Shown one piece after another: positions 61,359 to 64,000 of a stretch of 64,000 nt of DNA (the first letter of the stretch is position 1; the number at the start of each line of letters is the position of its first letter). Origin of the DNA: Xylographa opegraphella (lineage: Eukaryota); the NCBI GenBank assembly GCA_022813865.1, contig JALDZX010000025.1, positions 186,001-250,000 of the forward strand, read 5' to 3'. The translations under genes were made by a program, and so were the position numbers. The notes beneath the pieces are model-generated. The model did no database searches. It saw only the letters and a list, made by a program, of their open reading frames with translations, and was not told where the DNA came from.

Positions 61359-63455
61359 TCACTCCCCCTCCCTCTCCCTCTCCTTCGGCGCCAACATCAA
61401 CTCGGGCCGCACATAGCGATCAAAATCCTCCTCACTCAGCGCGCCCAACTCCATCGCGCTCTCCTTCAGCGTGAGGCCCTTCTTATGCGCATTCTTCGCC
61501 ACGCGGGACGCCATATCGTAGCCGATGACGGGGTTCAGGCACGTGACGAGCATGAGACTGTGCAGACACGGAAAGCAGTGTCAGTATCGTTATCAGTTTT
61601 CCAGCCGTTCCCCATCAATCAATCAATCAATCAACAACAAGCAGGCAAAGAGGAGGAGGGTGGAAGGAAGGAAGGAAGGAAGCAAAACAAAAGAGACCCC
61701 CCCCCCCCCAAAACGCACCTCTCCCCCAACAACTTCGCAATCCGCCCCTCATCAGCCTCCAGCCCCCTCACCAAATGCGCCTCGAAACTCCTCATGCCAT
61801 CCGCCAGTATCCTTACACTATGCAGCAAATTGCGAATGAGCACCGGCTTGAAGACATTGAGCTCGAACTGCCCGCCCATGCCCGCCACTGACACCGCCGC
61901 ATGGTTGCCCATCACCTGCGCGCACACCATCGTCAGCGCCTCGCACTGCGTCGGGTTCACCTTGCCCGGCATGATCGACGACCCGGGCTCGTTCTCCGGC
62001 AGCCGCAGCTCGCCGAGGCCGCAGCGCGGGCCCGAGCCGAGGTAGCGCACGTCCTGCGCCATCTTGAACAGCGACGCCGCCAGCGTGTTGAGCGCGCCCG
62101 ACGCGTGCACGATGGCGTCGTGCGCCGCCAGCGCTTCGAACTTGTTGGGCGCCGTGCTGAATGCGGTGCCGGTCATGCGGGAGATCTCGGCCGCGATGGC
62201 GGTGTCGAAGCCGGCGAAAGTGTTGAGGCCCGTGCCGACGGCGGTGCCGCCTTGGGCGAGCAGGCGGAGGTGCGGCAGCGTGCTTTCGACGCGGGCGACG
62301 CCGTGGTCGAGCTGGGTGACGTAGGCGGAGAATTCCTGGCCGAGGGTCAAGGGCGTGGCGTCTTGGAGGTGGGTGCGCCCGATCTTGATGATGCTCTCGA
62401 ACTGCTTGCTCTTCGCCGCCAGTGCATCGCGCAGGCTGCGCAGCGAGGGCAGGAGGGACTCTTCGAGCTCGAGCACGGAGGCGATGTGCATGACGGTCGG
62501 GAAACTGTCGTTCGACGAGGCCGACATGTTGACGTGGTCGTTGGGGTGGACGGGCTTCTTGCTGCCCATGGTCCCGCCCAGGATCTCGATCGCACGGTTC
62601 GAAATGACTTCGTTGGCGTTCATGTTGGACTGCGTTCCCGACCCGGTCTGCCACACCACCAGAGGGAAGTGGTCGATCAGCTTGAGGGACGCAACCTCTG
62701 CCGCTGCTTGCTGGATCGCTTTGCCCAGCTTCGGGTCTTGAGTATGTCTCAGCATCTACAATTCTCCATAATCGGGGCCTGAGGCGGGATTTACCGAGTC
62801 CGTAGGTCATGTTCACCGTCGCAGCGGCCCCTTTCAGTATCCCAAAGGCGCGGATGACGGGCGGCGGCATGCGATCTTGAGGCTGGTTGATCTTGAAATT
62901 CTCCAATGACCTGTGCAGTCGGGGTCAGCCCACGGAGCATGGACTTCCACAAGGGGAAGAGGGAAGTAGAAAGACCATACCTCTCCGTCTGCGCTCCCCA
63001 ATATTTATCCGCCGGAACCTGAAGCTCCATTAGAGCACTGCCATCGCCCAGCTCACCCACCACCGTACCTGAACCTCCCCAAAAGCATCACTCTCCGTCC
63101 GCATTTCCGCAGCCTGCAAATAAACCTCAAACGTCAGCCATCCAGCTCAACCCCCGAAAAAGAAACCCAATCTCTCCCAGAAAGACCAAGCACCACCCTC
63201 AACAGCAATACATACCATCCTCCCCCCCGTCGAAAACCTCCCCACTCTCTCCTCCCTACCCAAGTAATCCCGTCCCCAAGACCCCCTTCTCCAACCCGCC
63301 CTCTTCTCCAACAACGGCAATCCCCGCGTCGTCGTCGTCGCAAACCCTCTGGATCTTGACAAGCACAACAGAGTCGGAGCCAAAGTCGGAGTCAAAGCCA
63401 CCCGAACCTGCAGCCTGTCGAGTGTCAGAAGTCGCGCGGCCAGCAACCGGACCAT
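61359..63455 (-). CDS. FUM1: Class II fumarate hydratase with mitochondrial presequence
   Basis: Multi-exon. [45 protein letters not shown], signature [15 protein letters not shown]. Arg-rich, acid-poor N-terminus from ATG 63455. Confidence 0.95.
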
Positions 63456-64000
63456 GGCAATGGAAACGCAGCTGCAACCGAGAGAGGGACCTTTTCGCAA
63501 CTCCCCAACAATTGAGGCTGCCCGAGGTCGATTCTCCGCGCGACGATGTTGGATCAATTGCAATTTGCAATTTGGAATAGTCGTAAATTTCCCTCGGCAG
63601 TGACGCTCTTTTTTCCCCCATACCTACCTAGCTTTCCCTAGCAGACCCGGGCCCTCTCCGGCTCCAGCCGAAGCGGGGCAGGGGGAGAAAGATTTATTGC
63701 CGGGAAAAAAGGGGGGCGATTTATCGCGTGGTGGGGATTTGACCAGGGTGGACCGGACCTACTCTCCTACTCTATGTTGAACAAAAAAAGTACGAAAGTA
63801 GGCTGGGTGGAAGCACTACTTGCAGACATCCAGAGAGAGAGAGAGCACATGTCCCCTGTTCACCACCACCACCATGCAAAACCCAGTGATTTCGAAAATT
63901 TCATTATTCAGCTATCCTGTTCTAATACCTCACGATCGACTATCGAGTACAAACCCCACAACCCACCAACATCCCACCATATCGCCATCCCCTCCTACCC

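Noticed and set aside
61048..61710. (cacaaac)3, (aatc)n, (gaag)n and poly-C tracts around the FUM1 3' end
   Set aside because: Ordinary microsatellites in intron/UTR sequence.
59346..62906. Long antisense and alternative-frame ORFs over the P450 and FUM1 (likewise at 6772-8791 and 48958-52359)
   Set aside because: Shadow ORFs from very high GC3 codon usage; low-complexity Arg/Pro/Ala translations without motifs.

Overview
Gene-dense, intron-containing DNA from a filamentous ascomycete (Pezizomycotina). A lichen-forming lineage is a guess from gene content only. I built about 25 spliced gene models by hand from GT/GC-AG and branch-site signals. Housekeeping genes: NRDE-2-like, DRS1, ARL2, SEC63, ALO1, DBP6, GPI3/PIG-A, RCM1/NSUN5, SEC65/SRP19, HSP104, FUM1, a gelsolin-repeat protein, an ExoIII-family nuclease and two GNATs. 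Accessory genes: O-methyltransferase, intradiol dioxygenase, NmrA-like reductase, a macrophomate-synthase-like HpcH aldolase, a P450, a secreted Cys-patterned protein and two hydrophilic stress-type proteins. The main non-routine signals are: (1) a decayed, internally deleted ZNFX1/Hrr1-like helicase pseudogene (about 41420-44100, - strand) with RIP-like TpG>TpA and CpA>TpA lesions, next to a second cupin-like relic; (2) two GC-AG introns (ARL2, SEC63); (3) a TGACTCA cluster upstream of a small uncharacterised gene; (4) about 11 recurring 0.5-1.7 kb C-rich-then-G-rich blocks, one apparently non-genic; (5) an AGGTA/TACCT palindrome-bounded intergenic segment; (6) a two-start fumarase layout. 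I found no rRNA, tRNA, CRISPR array or intact transposon, and no clearly novel multi-gene system. Family calls come from motif recognition; no database search was run.
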